IMG/VR virus record: IMGVR_UViG_3300035701_000001
Length of the DNA stretch: 64,000 nucleotides
Reading direction: 5' to 3' (one strand)
From: a virus
Shown: one piece after another, positions 42,143 to 52,087 of the stretch
Layout of the letters: each line of letters starts with the position of its first letter
Numbering within the stretch: position 1 is the first letter of the stretch
The notes under the pieces: model-generated
Databases searched by the model: none
Told to the model about the DNA's origin: nothing
Seen by the model: the letters and a program-made list of their open reading frames with translations, nothing else
Translations under genes and position numbers: made by a program

Positions 42143-42579
42143 CCCTCTCGCTGCTTTCCCTGGCCAGCTTGGCGTTTGCCTCTTCTTCGGACGAAGAGTT
42201 CAGCAGGGAGGTCTCCTCCGAGCAGGACTGGGCCCAGCGGTTTGCGGAAGCGGATCATCTCCGTGCCCTCTGCAAGATCCCCGCAATGACGCAGAAAGAG
42301 CGCATGGCGCGGATGCTCGGGCTTCCCTTTGTCTGTCCCTACACGTTCTCCTTGTCTCTAGGAGGACCGTGCACCCACGCGATCTGCCGTGCCTGGGAAT
42401 CGGAACAAACAGGAATTCGGTACTGGAGATGGCTGAGGTTTGTGGATCAGGAGTCCGAGTCCGAAGACCAGGCAGATCGAATGTTCGTTCACCGGTTTTC
42501 CGTTCCGTATTCAGGGAGAATCATGCAGAACTGGGAATGGCAGTTTGTGCAGTCGGGCCGTCTTTACCTGCCTGAATAG
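42139..42579 (+). CDS. array paralog 10
   Basis: family motif. Confidence 0.85.
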   Translation: MTLSLLSLASLAFASSSDEEFSREVSSEQDWAQRFAEADHLRALCKIPAMTQKERMARMLGLPFVCPYTFSLSLGGPCTHAICRAWESEQTGIRYWRWLRFVDQESESEDQADRMFVHRFSVPYSGRIMQNWEWQFVQSGRLYLPE

Positions 42580-42593
42580 CGCGGAGCACATCT

Positions 42594-42875
42594 ACCGCAG
42601 AGGACGCGGAGATCGCGGAGTACGACCCGATCCTTCGTGTTCTTCGTGTTCTTCGTGGTGATCTTGTCGTTCTTTTCTGCTGCAGAGGACGCGGAGATCG
42701 CGGAGTCCAACCCGATCCTTCGTGTCCTTCGTGTTCTTCGTGGTAGTCCTGTCGTTCTTTTCTACCGCTGAGAGTACGGAGATCGCGGAGTCCAACCCGA
42801 TCCTTCGTGTCCTTCGTGTTCTTCGTGGTGATCTTGTCGTTCTTTTCCACCGCAGAGGACGCTGAGATCGCGGGG
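42594..42875 (-). repeat. dispersed palindromic repeat, copy 3 (~3.5 tandem ~84-bp units)
   Basis: GAGGACGCGGAGATCGCGGAG..CCCGATCCTTCGTG(T)CCTTCGTGTTCTTCGTGGT repeated. Confidence 0.9.
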
Positions 42876-42923
42876 CAGAGCCCAACGGGATAAAGCTTCT
42901 TCAGCCCTTTCCTGGAGAGTCCA

Positions 42924-43640
42924 ATGCCTGTTTTACGCGATGGTTCGATTGCCCTCGACCCCCGACTCACCTGGATTCCCTTCTTCGACCCGAAGTCCAT
43001 CCTGTACAAGATCTCGGATCTCTTCGAAAAGGACGCGGTCCTCAAGACCAAGACCTGGCGCTGCCTGCAGGTCCTGGACCAGGGCAACGAAGGGGCCTGC
43101 ACCGGATTTGCAGTCGCTCACGAACTCATCGCGGCTCCCGTCGAAGTCAAGGGAATCGACGCGAAGTTTGCCAAGGAGAAGATCTACTGGGAGGCCCAGA
43201 AGATCGATCAATGGCCGGGAGGGGCGTATCCCGGAGCCGATCCCTACAAGGAAGGTTCTTCGGTGATCGCGGCGATGAAGGTTGCGAAGAGCCTCGGGTA
43301 CATCCAGGAGTACCGCTGGGCGTTCGGAATCGAGGACATCAAGCGGGCACTCTCGGAAATCGGTCCCGTGGTCCTCGGCATCCCCTGGTACAAGGACATG
43401 TTCAATCCTTCCCCCTGCGGAGCCATCCATCCGACGGGGAAGAAGGTCGGAGGTCATGCCCTCCTTGCCCGTGGAATCAACGTGAAGGAGAAGAAGATCC
43501 TGTTGCATAACTCGTGGGGAGAGCACTGGGGAGACGACGGGTGTACCTGGATCTACTGGGACGATCTCGCCACGCTCGTCCATGGTATGCAGGCGGAGGC
43601 CTGCGTTCCGCTCGTCCGGTCGCTCACACCGCAGCCATAG
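42924..43640 (+). CDS. papain-like (C1) cysteine peptidase
   Basis: DQGNEGACTGFA (Q..C), GGHA (H), LHNSWG (N); GGAG RBS. Confidence 0.9.
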   Translation: MPVLRDGSIALDPRLTWIPFFDPKSILYKISDLFEKDAVLKTKTWRCLQVLDQGNEGACTGFAVAHELIAAPVEVKGIDAKFAKEKIYWEAQKIDQWPGGAYPGADPYKEGSSVIAAMKVAKSLGYIQEYRWAFGIEDIKRALSEIGPVVLGIPWYKDMFNPSPCGAIHPTGKKVGGHALLARGINVKEKKILLHNSWGEHWGDDGCTWIYWDDLATLVHGMQAEACVPLVRSLTPQP

Positions 43641-43667
43641 GTGGGTGTGATTCATGAACCGGTTGTT

Positions 43668-43744
43668 CTCCGCGATCTCCGCGTCCTTTGCGGTAGAAGA
43701 TAAGGACAGGATCACCACGAAGAACACGAAGAACACGAAGGATC
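43668..43744 (+). repeat. dispersed palindromic repeat, copy 4
   Basis: CTCCGCGATCTCCGCGTCCTTTGCGGT..ACCACGAAGAACACGAAGAACACGAAG. Confidence 0.85.
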
Positions 43745-43775
43745 TCGTAAGATTACACCTCCATAGGGTGATATC

Positions 43776-44249
43776 GTGATTTCCACGCTGGCTCTGGCTT
43801 CCCTGATACTTGCTACTGCAACTGAGCCGGGGGATGAAGAAACCTGGGCCGAGCGGTTCGCAGGAATAGACCAGATGCGGGCCCAGTACAAGATTCCTCC
43901 GCTCACACCCGCTGAACGGATGGGATGGTTGTTCCAAAAGGCCCCTCCTTTCCCAAGGAAATACGCCGTCTCGTATGGAAAGGTCAAATCAAGGGAAGAG
44001 CCGGGGAAGATGTACGAGTCCGTCAAGATTTTCCGATGTTAGAAAGACAAGGAAGGAACCTGGAGATGGAAGCTCGTCCACCAGGACGACGCCCAGTTCG
44101 ATCCCTGGGGAACTGGGTTTCGGCAAGCACGAAAAAAGGCGGAACTGCTTTCTGAGCAACTTGGAATTGTCTTTCTACACTACTTGGTGGAGGGAAAACC
44201 CCTGGTCTCGTGGATGAACGAGGCCATGTTCGGGACGAAAATTCCATGA
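43776..44249 (+). pseudogene. array paralog 11 with single in-frame TAG (44040-44042)
   Basis: Frame continues KDKEGTWRWK...KKAELLSEQL..FGTKIP* to a TGA overlapping the next ATG. Confidence 0.75.
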
Positions 44250-44737
44250 GCCTTGCCCTGCCTCTTCTCGGTGTGGCCTTCGCGCTGGCATCGGATGCTG
44301 AGCCGGGAGAAGAGGAGGCATGGACTCTGCGATTCGAAGAGTGCGATCATCTGCGAGCCCGGTACAAGATTCCTCCACTCACGGCTGCCGAGAGAATGGC
44401 ATGGGTGTTCGGAGGATTCCCTCCCTTTCCGCGCAAGTACGTCGTCTCGTATGGCAGGGTCCGATCAAAACTCCATCCTGGAAGGATGACGAGAGTCCTG
44501 AAGATCTTCCAGGTTCCTTCTCTTTTGGAAGTACAGGAATGGGATAAAGGATTCAAGCTTCTCTTCAAGGACAACATCGAGTTCGAGCTTCACTCTCAAA
44601 AAGGTTCGATTCAAATTCAAGGAATGGCAAAAGAACTCTCGGATCGGTTCCGTGTTCTCTACTGGCTCTATCTCTCTGACAAGGAACCCCTGCGTCCCTG
44701 GATGCTGCCCCTCCTGTACGGGACCCACAATCCATGA
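44246..44737 (+). CDS. array paralog 12
   Basis: family motif; closest to paralog 11. Confidence 0.85.
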   Translation: MSLALPLLGVAFALASDAEPGEEEAWTLRFEECDHLRARYKIPPLTAAERMAWVFGGFPPFPRKYVVSYGRVRSKLHPGRMTRVLKIFQVPSLLEVQEWDKGFKLLFKDNIEFELHSQKGSIQIQGMAKELSDRFRVLYWLYLSDKEPLRPWMLPLLYGTHNP

Positions 44738-45261
44738 GCCTGCCTCTCTTCCTCGCTTCCCTTGCATTGGCCTCTGCCTCGGAGGAAGAGTCCCCGGAAG
44801 AGATCTGGGAAAAGAAATTCGCGGTCATTGACGGGATGAGAGAACATCTCCGCATTCCTCTGCTCACCCCAAGGGAGCGCATGGCGGTGATGCTGGGGAT
44901 GCTTCCGCCCATTCCCCAGTTTTTTGTACTCTCGGCTGGGGAAATCCGGACTCCCTGTCCACGGAGGAATGAACGTCTTCTTCCTATGGAGGTGGGTTCC
45001 TACAAGACCCACAACTGTGTGAAGGTCTACCAGATCGTACAGCGAAAGAAAGACAAGGTCTGGATCTGGAGGTACCTCACACAGGTTCCCACGCTGTACC
45101 CCGGTGGGCACGGTGGGTACTCCATGGCTCTTTTCAAGGGTTACGAGCTTTCAGATCTTCTTCATGTCCCTTTCATTTCCGGTCACCCCATACAGGGACA
45201 TCCGGTTATGCCGGTGGGTCTCAAGAGTTTGACGGGAATCGACCTGGAGAAAAACCCATGA
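44734..45261 (+). CDS. array paralog 13
   Basis: family motif. Confidence 0.85.
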   Translation: MSLPLFLASLALASASEEESPEEIWEKKFAVIDGMREHLRIPLLTPRERMAVMLGMLPPIPQFFVLSAGEIRTPCPRRNERLLPMEVGSYKTHNCVKVYQIVQRKKDKVWIWRYLTQVPTLYPGGHGGYSMALFKGYELSDLLHVPFISGHPIQGHPVMPVGLKSLTGIDLEKNP

Positions 45262-45779
45262 TTTCCATGGCTGTTTCCCTTGCGTTGGCCTCGCTTGGCT
45301 TTGCCTCGGTCTCGGATGAAGAACCCATCTTGGAAGAAGCTTGGTTCCAGAAGTTTGAAGAAGCCAATCGGCTGCGGGCAGAACTCAATATCCGACCGTT
45401 GACTCCCAAGGAACGGATGAACATTCTCCTCGGGCAGTTTTTTCCTCCCTGGTGTGGGGTTTCTCTACGAGAATCTGTCCCTACCCTCATCGCCGCATTC
45501 GTCCCGGAATACAAAGGAAAAGGGCGTTTGAAGACGTGGTTCTGGAAAGAGATTGGACGCCAGGAGATCCCCGAGTCGACCTGGAAGAACTTCGAAGGGT
45601 TGAAGGGGCTTCCATCCTGGATGTCCTCCACTGATCTTCACAAGATGAACGGTGTGATAGGGGAGAGAGCCAAGAAGATGTACGTGTCCTGGCTCGGCAT
45701 CCACGTACGGAACGGAGATCCGATGGACACGGAGATCGAGCTTCCGTTGATCATTGGAGAGGGAAAGGCCTCGCGATGA
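45258..45779 (+). CDS. array paralog 14
   Basis: family motif. Confidence 0.85.
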   Translation: MISMAVSLALASLGFASVSDEEPILEEAWFQKFEEANRLRAELNIRPLTPKERMNILLGQFFPPWCGVSLRESVPTLIAAFVPEYKGKGRLKTWFWKEIGRQEIPESTWKNFEGLKGLPSWMSSTDLHKMNGVIGERAKKMYVSWLGIHVRNGDPMDTEIELPLIIGEGKASR

Positions 45780-45847
45780 TCCTCTCAGGGAAAGACATCG
45801 GGTTAGAACCCTTGTAGGGGCCTGCAGGAGCCCCGAGGACACGTTCG

Positions 45848-46318
45848 ATGCTCATACCCCTGGCTCTTCTAACCCTCGCATTCTCCGTGGCCTCCCAGGG
45901 GCCGGAAACGGAGTCTACCGAGGAGTGGGCCTGGCAGTTCGAGGAGGCAGATCGGATCCGGGCAAGCCTGGGGATTCCTCCCTTGATCCCCAAGGAGCGC
46001 ATGGAGATTTTGCTTGGAAACCGCCTCCTGCTCTGCCCCTTCGTTGTCTCGGTCGGTCGCTACGGTTCGATGACGGCGAGCATACGATGGGGAAGCATCT
46101 CCCTGAGGTTCCCGATCTACAGCGTGAAGATCTACCGGGCCGTGCCGAGGCAATCCGATGGGGTCACCACCCGGAGGCTCTTCCGGACCGTGGGAACTCC
46201 GAGGGCTTGTCAGCATGAACCGAGTCAGAAGCTGATTGACGAAGGAGAGGCAATCGCCGAACAGATGGGGTTGCCGTTCGATCTCGACATCCGGCACGGG
46301 CAGGAGGCCTTCGCATGA
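45848..46318 (+). CDS. array paralog 15
   Basis: family motif. Confidence 0.85.
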   Translation: MLIPLALLTLAFSVASQGPETESTEEWAWQFEEADRIRASLGIPPLIPKERMEILLGNRLLLCPFVVSVGRYGSMTASIRWGSISLRFPIYSVKIYRAVPRQSDGVTTRRLFRTVGTPRACQHEPSQKLIDEGEAIAEQMGLPFDLDIRHGQEAFA

Positions 46319-46779
46319 TCGGCCTTCTCGCCCCGGTGTTTGCCTTGGCCGTCGCCTCGGATGCCGAGACGTCCTCGGATGCGAACGAAAAGGTCTGGGC
46401 CGAGCGGTTCCGTCAGGCAGATGTACTGCGGAAACTCTATGGAGTCCCCATGCTGACCCCCAGGGAGAGGATGACCATCCTCCTCCGGGGAGATCCAACA
46501 GGATTTCACCATCTCGTAGGGTCCGAGACAGAAAAGGACGAATGGATCGCAGAGGATAAAAAGTTCTGTGTATGCCTGTACACCCAGGTGAAATCCATCT
46601 CGGACGATACATGGGTATGGGAGAGCCAACGGTTTCTCTTGGAGTCTTTCCCCACGTATCGCCAGGTCAACGAGGCCATCGAAGACTGGGCCAGGCTCCT
46701 GCTTCTTCCGATGAATACATTGATTGAATCCTATGACGAGGTGGGTAACCACAGCCGACATACCCGGTGGCCATCTTGA
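46315..46779 (+). CDS. array paralog 16
   Basis: family motif. Confidence 0.85.
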   Translation: MIGLLAPVFALAVASDAETSSDANEKVWAERFRQADVLRKLYGVPMLTPRERMTILLRGDPTGFHHLVGSETEKDEWIAEDKKFCVCLYTQVKSISDDTWVWESQRFLLESFPTYRQVNEAIEDWARLLLLPMNTLIESYDEVGNHSRHTRWPS

Positions 46780-47240
46780 TGGAAATACTGCTTCCCATCC
46801 TGCTTCTGGCCGTCGCCTCCGACTCTGAAGACGGCAATGAAGAGACCTGGGTCGAGCGGTTTGACCAGATCGATGCAGACCGGAATCATTACGGAGTTCC
46901 TCTGCTTTCGGCACGGGAACGGATGTCCATGATCCTGGGGAAACCAGATCCGAACCCGGATTGGATTGTGGGGGTCGTGTGGGACTACGGGATCCACGCC
47001 ATGGCTCTCTGTCTATACCGACTTGTCAACGAGGAGTTCCCTACTGCAGTCCGTTGGAAACTCGCCTGCGTTCTCGGAAAGTATGTCCACAATAACTACG
47101 GAGAAGAAGACAGGGCTTTGTTGGATCGAGACGCCGGGCAATGGGGGAGAAAACTGCACCTGGGAATTAACCTGCAAGCCCGTGACAGTTCGGAATGGTT
47201 CCTGTCTTTCTGGGCTTTCAAGACGGATCACCTGAAATGA
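46779..47240 (+). CDS. array paralog 17
   Basis: family motif. Confidence 0.85.
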   Translation: MEILLPILLLAVASDSEDGNEETWVERFDQIDADRNHYGVPLLSARERMSMILGKPDPNPDWIVGVVWDYGIHAMALCLYRLVNEEFPTAVRWKLACVLGKYVHNNYGEEDRALLDRDAGQWGRKLHLGINLQARDSSEWFLSFWAFKTDHLK

Positions 47241-47734
47241 TCGGAATCCTGCTCCCTACGCTGTTCCTGGCCGCTGTCTCTGATTCCGAAGGCAGCAACG
47301 AGGAGGTTTGGACTGAACGGTTCCGCAAGGCAGACAAGGAACGAAAACGGGTGGAGGTTCCCCTGCTCACTCCCAAGGAGAAGATGCAGATTCTACTCGG
47401 GGCGCATCCTACTCTCGATGAGACCACGTTCCTCGTAGGGTTTGTCTGGAAGACCCCGGCGAGCATCACAGGGGAGGAACCCAGACGGTTCCAGTTCCGA
47501 TGGCAGGCTTGTGTCTATGAGACGGAATGGGACATTCTGGCCGCTCGACCCATCGTATACCGGACTCCTTATGCAGAGCCCTCTCGTTTTCTCGTCTCCG
47601 GAGACTCTACGGATGGATGGGAAGAAGCGTGTCTCGATGCCAAGGAACTGGCAACTCGACTTCTTTTGCCGTTTAGTATCGGAATTGCAGATGGATACTA
47701 TGTGGTTCAAGAGGGGCTGGAGGTTCCATGGTAG
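47237..47734 (+). CDS. array paralog 18
   Basis: family motif. Confidence 0.85.
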   Translation: MIGILLPTLFLAAVSDSEGSNEEVWTERFRKADKERKRVEVPLLTPKEKMQILLGAHPTLDETTFLVGFVWKTPASITGEEPRRFQFRWQACVYETEWDILAARPIVYRTPYAEPSRFLVSGDSTDGWEEACLDAKELATRLLLPFSIGIADGYYVVQEGLEVPW

Positions 47735-48210
47735 GCCTGGTTCTCCCCGTGCTGCTCCTGTCCGTTGCCTCCGATTCCGAAGGCAGCAACGAAGAGGCCT
47801 GGACCGAGCGGTTCCGGAAAGCGGACGAAGCGAGAAAAAGCCTCGACATTCCCCCTCTCACCGCACGGGAACGGATGGCCATTTTACTGGGACAACCCCT
47901 TTCTCTCCAGGAAGGATCGTTGATCCTCGGGTACGAGGAAGACGAGATTGTCTTGGAAGGAAAAAGATATTCCGTGATGTATGTGCGGGCATTTCGCTGC
48001 AGCAAACCCGTTCGTGGTTTTTTTGACACTCTGGAATCCATCGGGAAAGCGAAGATCTGGAAGTTTTCCGGAGGGTGGGCACGCCGCAATCGGCTCGCTG
48101 CGGTGGACGAGGTCTTGAGTCTCGCGATAGTTCTCCTTCTTCCTTATGATGTTTCAATCAATACACCCGGATTCAAAGGGGACGTTCAGGATGTGGAGTA
48201 CCCATGGTAG
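47728..48210 (+). CDS. array paralog 19
   Basis: family motif, MVGLVLP clade. Confidence 0.85.
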   Translation: MVGLVLPVLLLSVASDSEGSNEEAWTERFRKADEARKSLDIPPLTARERMAILLGQPLSLQEGSLILGYEEDEIVLEGKRYSVMYVRAFRCSKPVRGFFDTLESIGKAKIWKFSGGWARRNRLAAVDEVLSLAIVLLLPYDVSINTPGFKGDVQDVEYPW

Positions 48211-48686
48211 GCCTGGTCCTTCCCGTATTGCTCCTGGCCGCTGCCTCCGACTTCGAAGGCAGCAGCGAAGAGGACTGGACCGAGCGGTTCGCATGGGTGA
48301 ATGAAGAACGAAAGAAAATCGGAATTCCACTGCTCACGGCCAAGGAACGGATGTTGATCCTGATTGGTCAACACGAGATGAAACCAGGATTTTACGTGGT
48401 TGGATACCAGTTGATTGATGTTTCTGGAGTCCAGAATTACCTGGGATGGAGAACGTGTGTTTTCAAGACGGATAAGGATGGATATGCAAGAACATCAGTC
48501 TTAGAGTGTCCTTTGCACAAGTTCGAGGATTCATCGCATCCATGGAGTCAAAGAGAAACCATCGAAAGTGATCGTGAGATCGAGAAACTGGCATATCAGT
48601 TGATGATTCCTTATTCCGTTTCCCTACATCGAGGTGGCAACGTCATTGATCTCATCGAGATAGGCTCGATAACATACCCATGGTAG
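48204..48686 (+). CDS. array paralog 20
   Basis: family motif, MVGLVLP clade. Confidence 0.85.
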   Translation: MVGLVLPVLLLAAASDFEGSSEEDWTERFAWVNEERKKIGIPLLTAKERMLILIGQHEMKPGFYVVGYQLIDVSGVQNYLGWRTCVFKTDKDGYARTSVLECPLHKFEDSSHPWSQRETIESDREIEKLAYQLMIPYSVSLHRGGNVIDLIEIGSITYPW

Positions 48687-49117
48687 GCCTGGTTCTCCCC
48701 GTGCTGCTCCTGGCAGTTGCCTCCGATTCCGAAGGCAGCAACGAAGAGGACTGGGCCGAACGGTTTCGGAAAGCGGATGAAGCACGCAGAAAAGTAGGGA
48801 TTCCGCTACTCACTCCTCGGGAGAAGATGAGGGCGATCCTCGGAGAGGTCGTGAGGGGTAACTACGTCATTGGAGTTGTCTCTGCCAGGAAATTCGCCCC
48901 TGTTGGAGTCTATGTACAAGCTGGATTGTTCAAGAGGAATCTCGAACTATCGTATTTTCCCTTTCAATACACGGGTCATTTCCGTGGAGGCGGGAGGTAT
49001 TTTGAAATTCTTCGGGACATGAAGCTATGGGCAAAGGAACTCCTAATCCCATGGAGTACCGAAGTCGATAGCGGGTTACCACTATCCGAGAATGGCTACG
49101 AGAATCCACTTCAATGA
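48680..49117 (+). CDS. array paralog 21
   Basis: family motif, MVGLVLP clade. Confidence 0.85.
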   Translation: MVGLVLPVLLLAVASDSEGSNEEDWAERFRKADEARRKVGIPLLTPREKMRAILGEVVRGNYVIGVVSARKFAPVGVYVQAGLFKRNLELSYFPFQYTGHFRGGGRYFEILRDMKLWAKELLIPWSTEVDSGLPLSENGYENPLQ

Positions 49118-49554
49118 TGATTTTCTCCCTGATTTCGCTTGCACTGGCCGCCGCCTCTGACTCCGAAGGCGAAAACGAGGAGGCTTGGGCCGAACGGTTT
49201 GCACAAGCGGACAAAGAACGCGTGAAGAAGAAGGTTCCTCTGCTGACACCGATGGAAAAATTCCAGATTCTGGTTCGGAAAATTCCTGCTCTACCCATCT
49301 ATCTCGTTGGAATCCTGGAAATAGATGATGAAAAGGGTTGGCCTCTCTGCTATTCCGTCCTGTACCAGTTTGGAAGCCAAGGGGCCAAAGAATGGGAAAG
49401 GGAGGAGTACTTGACGGGTCCCTACTCGGATTTTCGAAGGGCCGAGGAAGATGCGAAAGAATGGGCATCTCGTCTGCTTCTTCCCTTGAACTTGTCCATT
49501 TTGCCTGGCCACCCCCATGAGTGGTGTGCCCATGAAACCCGGTGGTCCCTATGA
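49114..49554 (+). CDS. array paralog 22
   Basis: family motif. Confidence 0.85.
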   Translation: MMIFSLISLALAAASDSEGENEEAWAERFAQADKERVKKKVPLLTPMEKFQILVRKIPALPIYLVGILEIDDEKGWPLCYSVLYQFGSQGAKEWEREEYLTGPYSDFRRAEEDAKEWASRLLLPLNLSILPGHPHEWCAHETRWSL

Positions 49555-50009
49555 TGGAACTGATTTTTCCCGCGCTGCTGTTGGCCGCTGCCTCCGACTC
49601 CGAAGGCGGCAACGAAGAGGCATGGACAGAGCAGTTCCGAGTAGCGGATGAAAAACGGAAGAAGATTGGAATTCCTCTTCTCACTTCCAAGGAGAAGATG
49701 CGGATCTTGCTCGGTGTTCGAGAGATGTTCGACGGGATGTACATCGTTGGGTTCCAGTTGGGAGGATCGGGGAAAATACACCTATGGAATCCCGTTATCT
49801 TCCGGTGCCAGAAGTTGAAGACCTCGTTCGTCACCCAAGAAGTCCTGTATCGAGGTCCACAAACCCCCCATGACATCGAAGACGACTGCTTCACGGCCAA
49901 CGAGGCAGTCCTTGTTCTCGCGAAAGAACTGCTCATCGCCTCCAGCGGCCAGGTATCCTACCAAGGACAACGGATTCACGACGACGAGACATTGAGGTTT
50001 CCATGGTAG
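49551..50009 (+). CDS. array paralog 23
   Basis: family motif. Confidence 0.85.
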   Translation: MMELIFPALLLAAASDSEGGNEEAWTEQFRVADEKRKKIGIPLLTSKEKMRILLGVREMFDGMYIVGFQLGGSGKIHLWNPVIFRCQKLKTSFVTQEVLYRGPQTPHDIEDDCFTANEAVLVLAKELLIASSGQVSYQGQRIHDDETLRFPW

Positions 50010-50551
50010 GCCTGGTTCTCCCCGCACTGTTCCTGGCCGTCGCCTCGGATTCCGAAGACAGCAACGAAGAGGTCTGGGCCGAGCGGTTCCGGGTGGCCGA
50101 TGAAGAGCGGAAGACCTGGAACGTCCCCCCGCTTACCCTGAAAGAACGCATGGCCGCATTGCTCGGGGCTTCCCTCGGAACTGGTTCTCACGTGGTCGGG
50201 CTCCAGGTCGAGTCCTTCTTTTCCAAACCTCAGATTCCCACTACGGGAGACCCCTCGGATCCGGGGGATCCCTTTCGGCAGAAGTGGTTCTTGTGCATCT
50301 ACCGCGTCGAAAGAATTTGCAAGGCCATCCCCGGAGATTTTCCGCGTTCGGGACAAACGGTTCGGTTCATCGACCGCTGGACGGTGGACCGCAAGGTTCC
50401 CCTTCCGGGTCCCTTCCAGTCGACTCAGACAGCCTACTCAGCCTGCCGGGTGCTCGCATACCAGGTGATTCTTCCTTTCGACCCGATGTTGCGGGAGGAG
50501 AACCCGGTCCGGAGACGGCATTTCCAGAACTTCGCGAAGGCACCCTCATGA
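50003..50551 (+). CDS. array paralog 24
   Basis: family motif, MVGLVLP clade. Confidence 0.85.
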   Translation: MVGLVLPALFLAVASDSEDSNEEVWAERFRVADEERKTWNVPPLTLKERMAALLGASLGTGSHVVGLQVESFFSKPQIPTTGDPSDPGDPFRQKWFLCIYRVERICKAIPGDFPRSGQTVRFIDRWTVDRKVPLPGPFQSTQTAYSACRVLAYQVILPFDPMLREENPVRRRHFQNFAKAPS

Positions 50552-51042
50552 CGGAACTCGCGATCCTGTCGCTTGTACTGGCCGTTGCTTCGGATTCCGA
50601 AGGCAGCAACGAGGAGGCTTGGGCTGAGCGGTTCAAACGGGTGGATGAGGAAAGGAAGACCTGGGGTGTTCCTCCGATGACCGCGAAGGAACGCATGGCG
50701 GCGATGCTCGGGACTCCCCTTGGGACCGGTCTGCACGTGGTGGGGCTAGAAGTAAGAATGAAACGAGAGATCCCCGGACACTTTGTCTACCGATGGATTC
50801 TCTGTGTCTACCAGGTTCAAAAAGCGACAGGAAGTACCCAGTTCCCTCGCTGGACCGATCGATGGGAATTGGGGAGGGATGAAGTCCTTCCTGAACCTCT
50901 TGCACTCAAGGAACTCCGAGATGTAGAACCGAGTTGCCGTGACCTGGCGTTTCGACTGATGCTTCCCTACGATGTCCGCATCCGGAAAGGCAACAAGATC
51001 AAGAAACAGCACTTCCAGCGTTTTGCCGAGACCTCCCCATGA
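50548..51042 (+). CDS. array paralog 25
   Basis: family motif. Confidence 0.85.
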   Translation: MTELAILSLVLAVASDSEGSNEEAWAERFKRVDEERKTWGVPPMTAKERMAAMLGTPLGTGLHVVGLEVRMKREIPGHFVYRWILCVYQVQKATGSTQFPRWTDRWELGRDEVLPEPLALKELRDVEPSCRDLAFRLMLPYDVRIRKGNKIKKQHFQRFAETSP

Positions 51043-51557
51043 CGGAACTCGCGATCCTGTCGCTTGTACTGGCCGCTGCCTCCGATGTGGAACGAGGAGA
51101 GGAAGAGGCCTGGGCTGATCGGTTCGAAGAGGCGGATCGGTTGCGGAAGAAATATGGAATCCCCTCACTCACTCCAAAGGAGCGGATGACGATTCTGCTT
51201 GGGCAGCCCTTTTTCACTGGATACGCGGTCCAGTCGACTGGATACTGCAAGAACTCGGACAGACCGGACATCCGAGAGACAGGAATCCTGTTCACCATCT
51301 ACAAGCCTTCCTTGGGACTACTGGGCGGATTTCATCTGGACCCGGAGAAATGCTGTTGGAAATGGGATCTCGTCTTGAAGAACCGGATTCCGTACAACCG
51401 GGAGGTCTCCTTCACAGAGGCCAAGGCATTCGGCCGAGAAGAAGCCCAACGCCTGTTCGTGACCCATGCCCCAGGTCTCCTCTTCGAAGGACTCTGGCTG
51501 ACGCGGGAGTCGGCCCTTTGTGTGCTGGGGCCCACGTCCCTGGGGCAGATCCGATGA
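51039..51557 (+). CDS. array paralog 26
   Basis: family motif; leader identical to paralog 25. Confidence 0.85.
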   Translation: MTELAILSLVLAAASDVERGEEEAWADRFEEADRLRKKYGIPSLTPKERMTILLGQPFFTGYAVQSTGYCKNSDRPDIRETGILFTIYKPSLGLLGGFHLDPEKCCWKWDLVLKNRIPYNREVSFTEAKAFGREEAQRLFVTHAPGLLFEGLWLTRESALCVLGPTSLGQIR

Positions 51558-51607
51558 AGAGTAGAGGCCAAACGGGATAGAAGGAAGGTGGAACCCCGGA
51601 GCCGTTC

Positions 51608-52087
51608 GTGATCCTGGAACTCACCATTCTTGCCCTGGCCGTCGCCTCCGATCTCGAAGGCGAGGAGACCTGGGAAGACCGCTTTGCTCGGTGCGATGCG
51701 GAACGGGCGAAGTACGGGATCGAGCCCCTTTCCGCTCGGGAGCGCATGGCCTGGATGATCGGAGTCCACCCCTGTGCTCCTCGCTATATCATTACCGACT
51801 TTTATGGCAAGGTGCTTGCTGGACATGCTCGGTTCCTCCGGATCCTCAAAGCGACTCCCCGTAAGAAGGATGGGGAGTTGATCTGGAAGCCTCACACCAT
51901 AGATGATCTGGAACGACTCGGGTACGTCACGGAGAGAAAGAAAGGATGGGACGAGGCGTACCGAATGTCCGAACGACTCAGGATTCCATTTGGTAGATCC
52001 TCTGGAATGTCGAATTTTCTCGTCCATGACTCCGAGTATCGGTACCTGGACGACGCCCCCGGAGTCTGGAGGAAATACCCCGCATGA
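51608..52087 (+). CDS. array paralog 27
   Basis: family motif, GTG start. Confidence 0.85.
   Translation: MILELTILALAVASDLEGEETWEDRFARCDAERAKYGIEPLSARERMAWMIGVHPCAPRYIITDFYGKVLAGHARFLRILKATPRKKDGELIWKPHTIDDLERLGYVTERKKGWDEAYRMSERLRIPFGRSSGMSNFLVHDSEYRYLDDAPGVWRKYPA

Noticed and set aside
42521-43102. ORFs with TTKNTKDTK / HHEEHEGHE repeats (also near 5620, 36341, 56453)
   Set aside because: Translations of the intergenic 9-bp-periodic repeat
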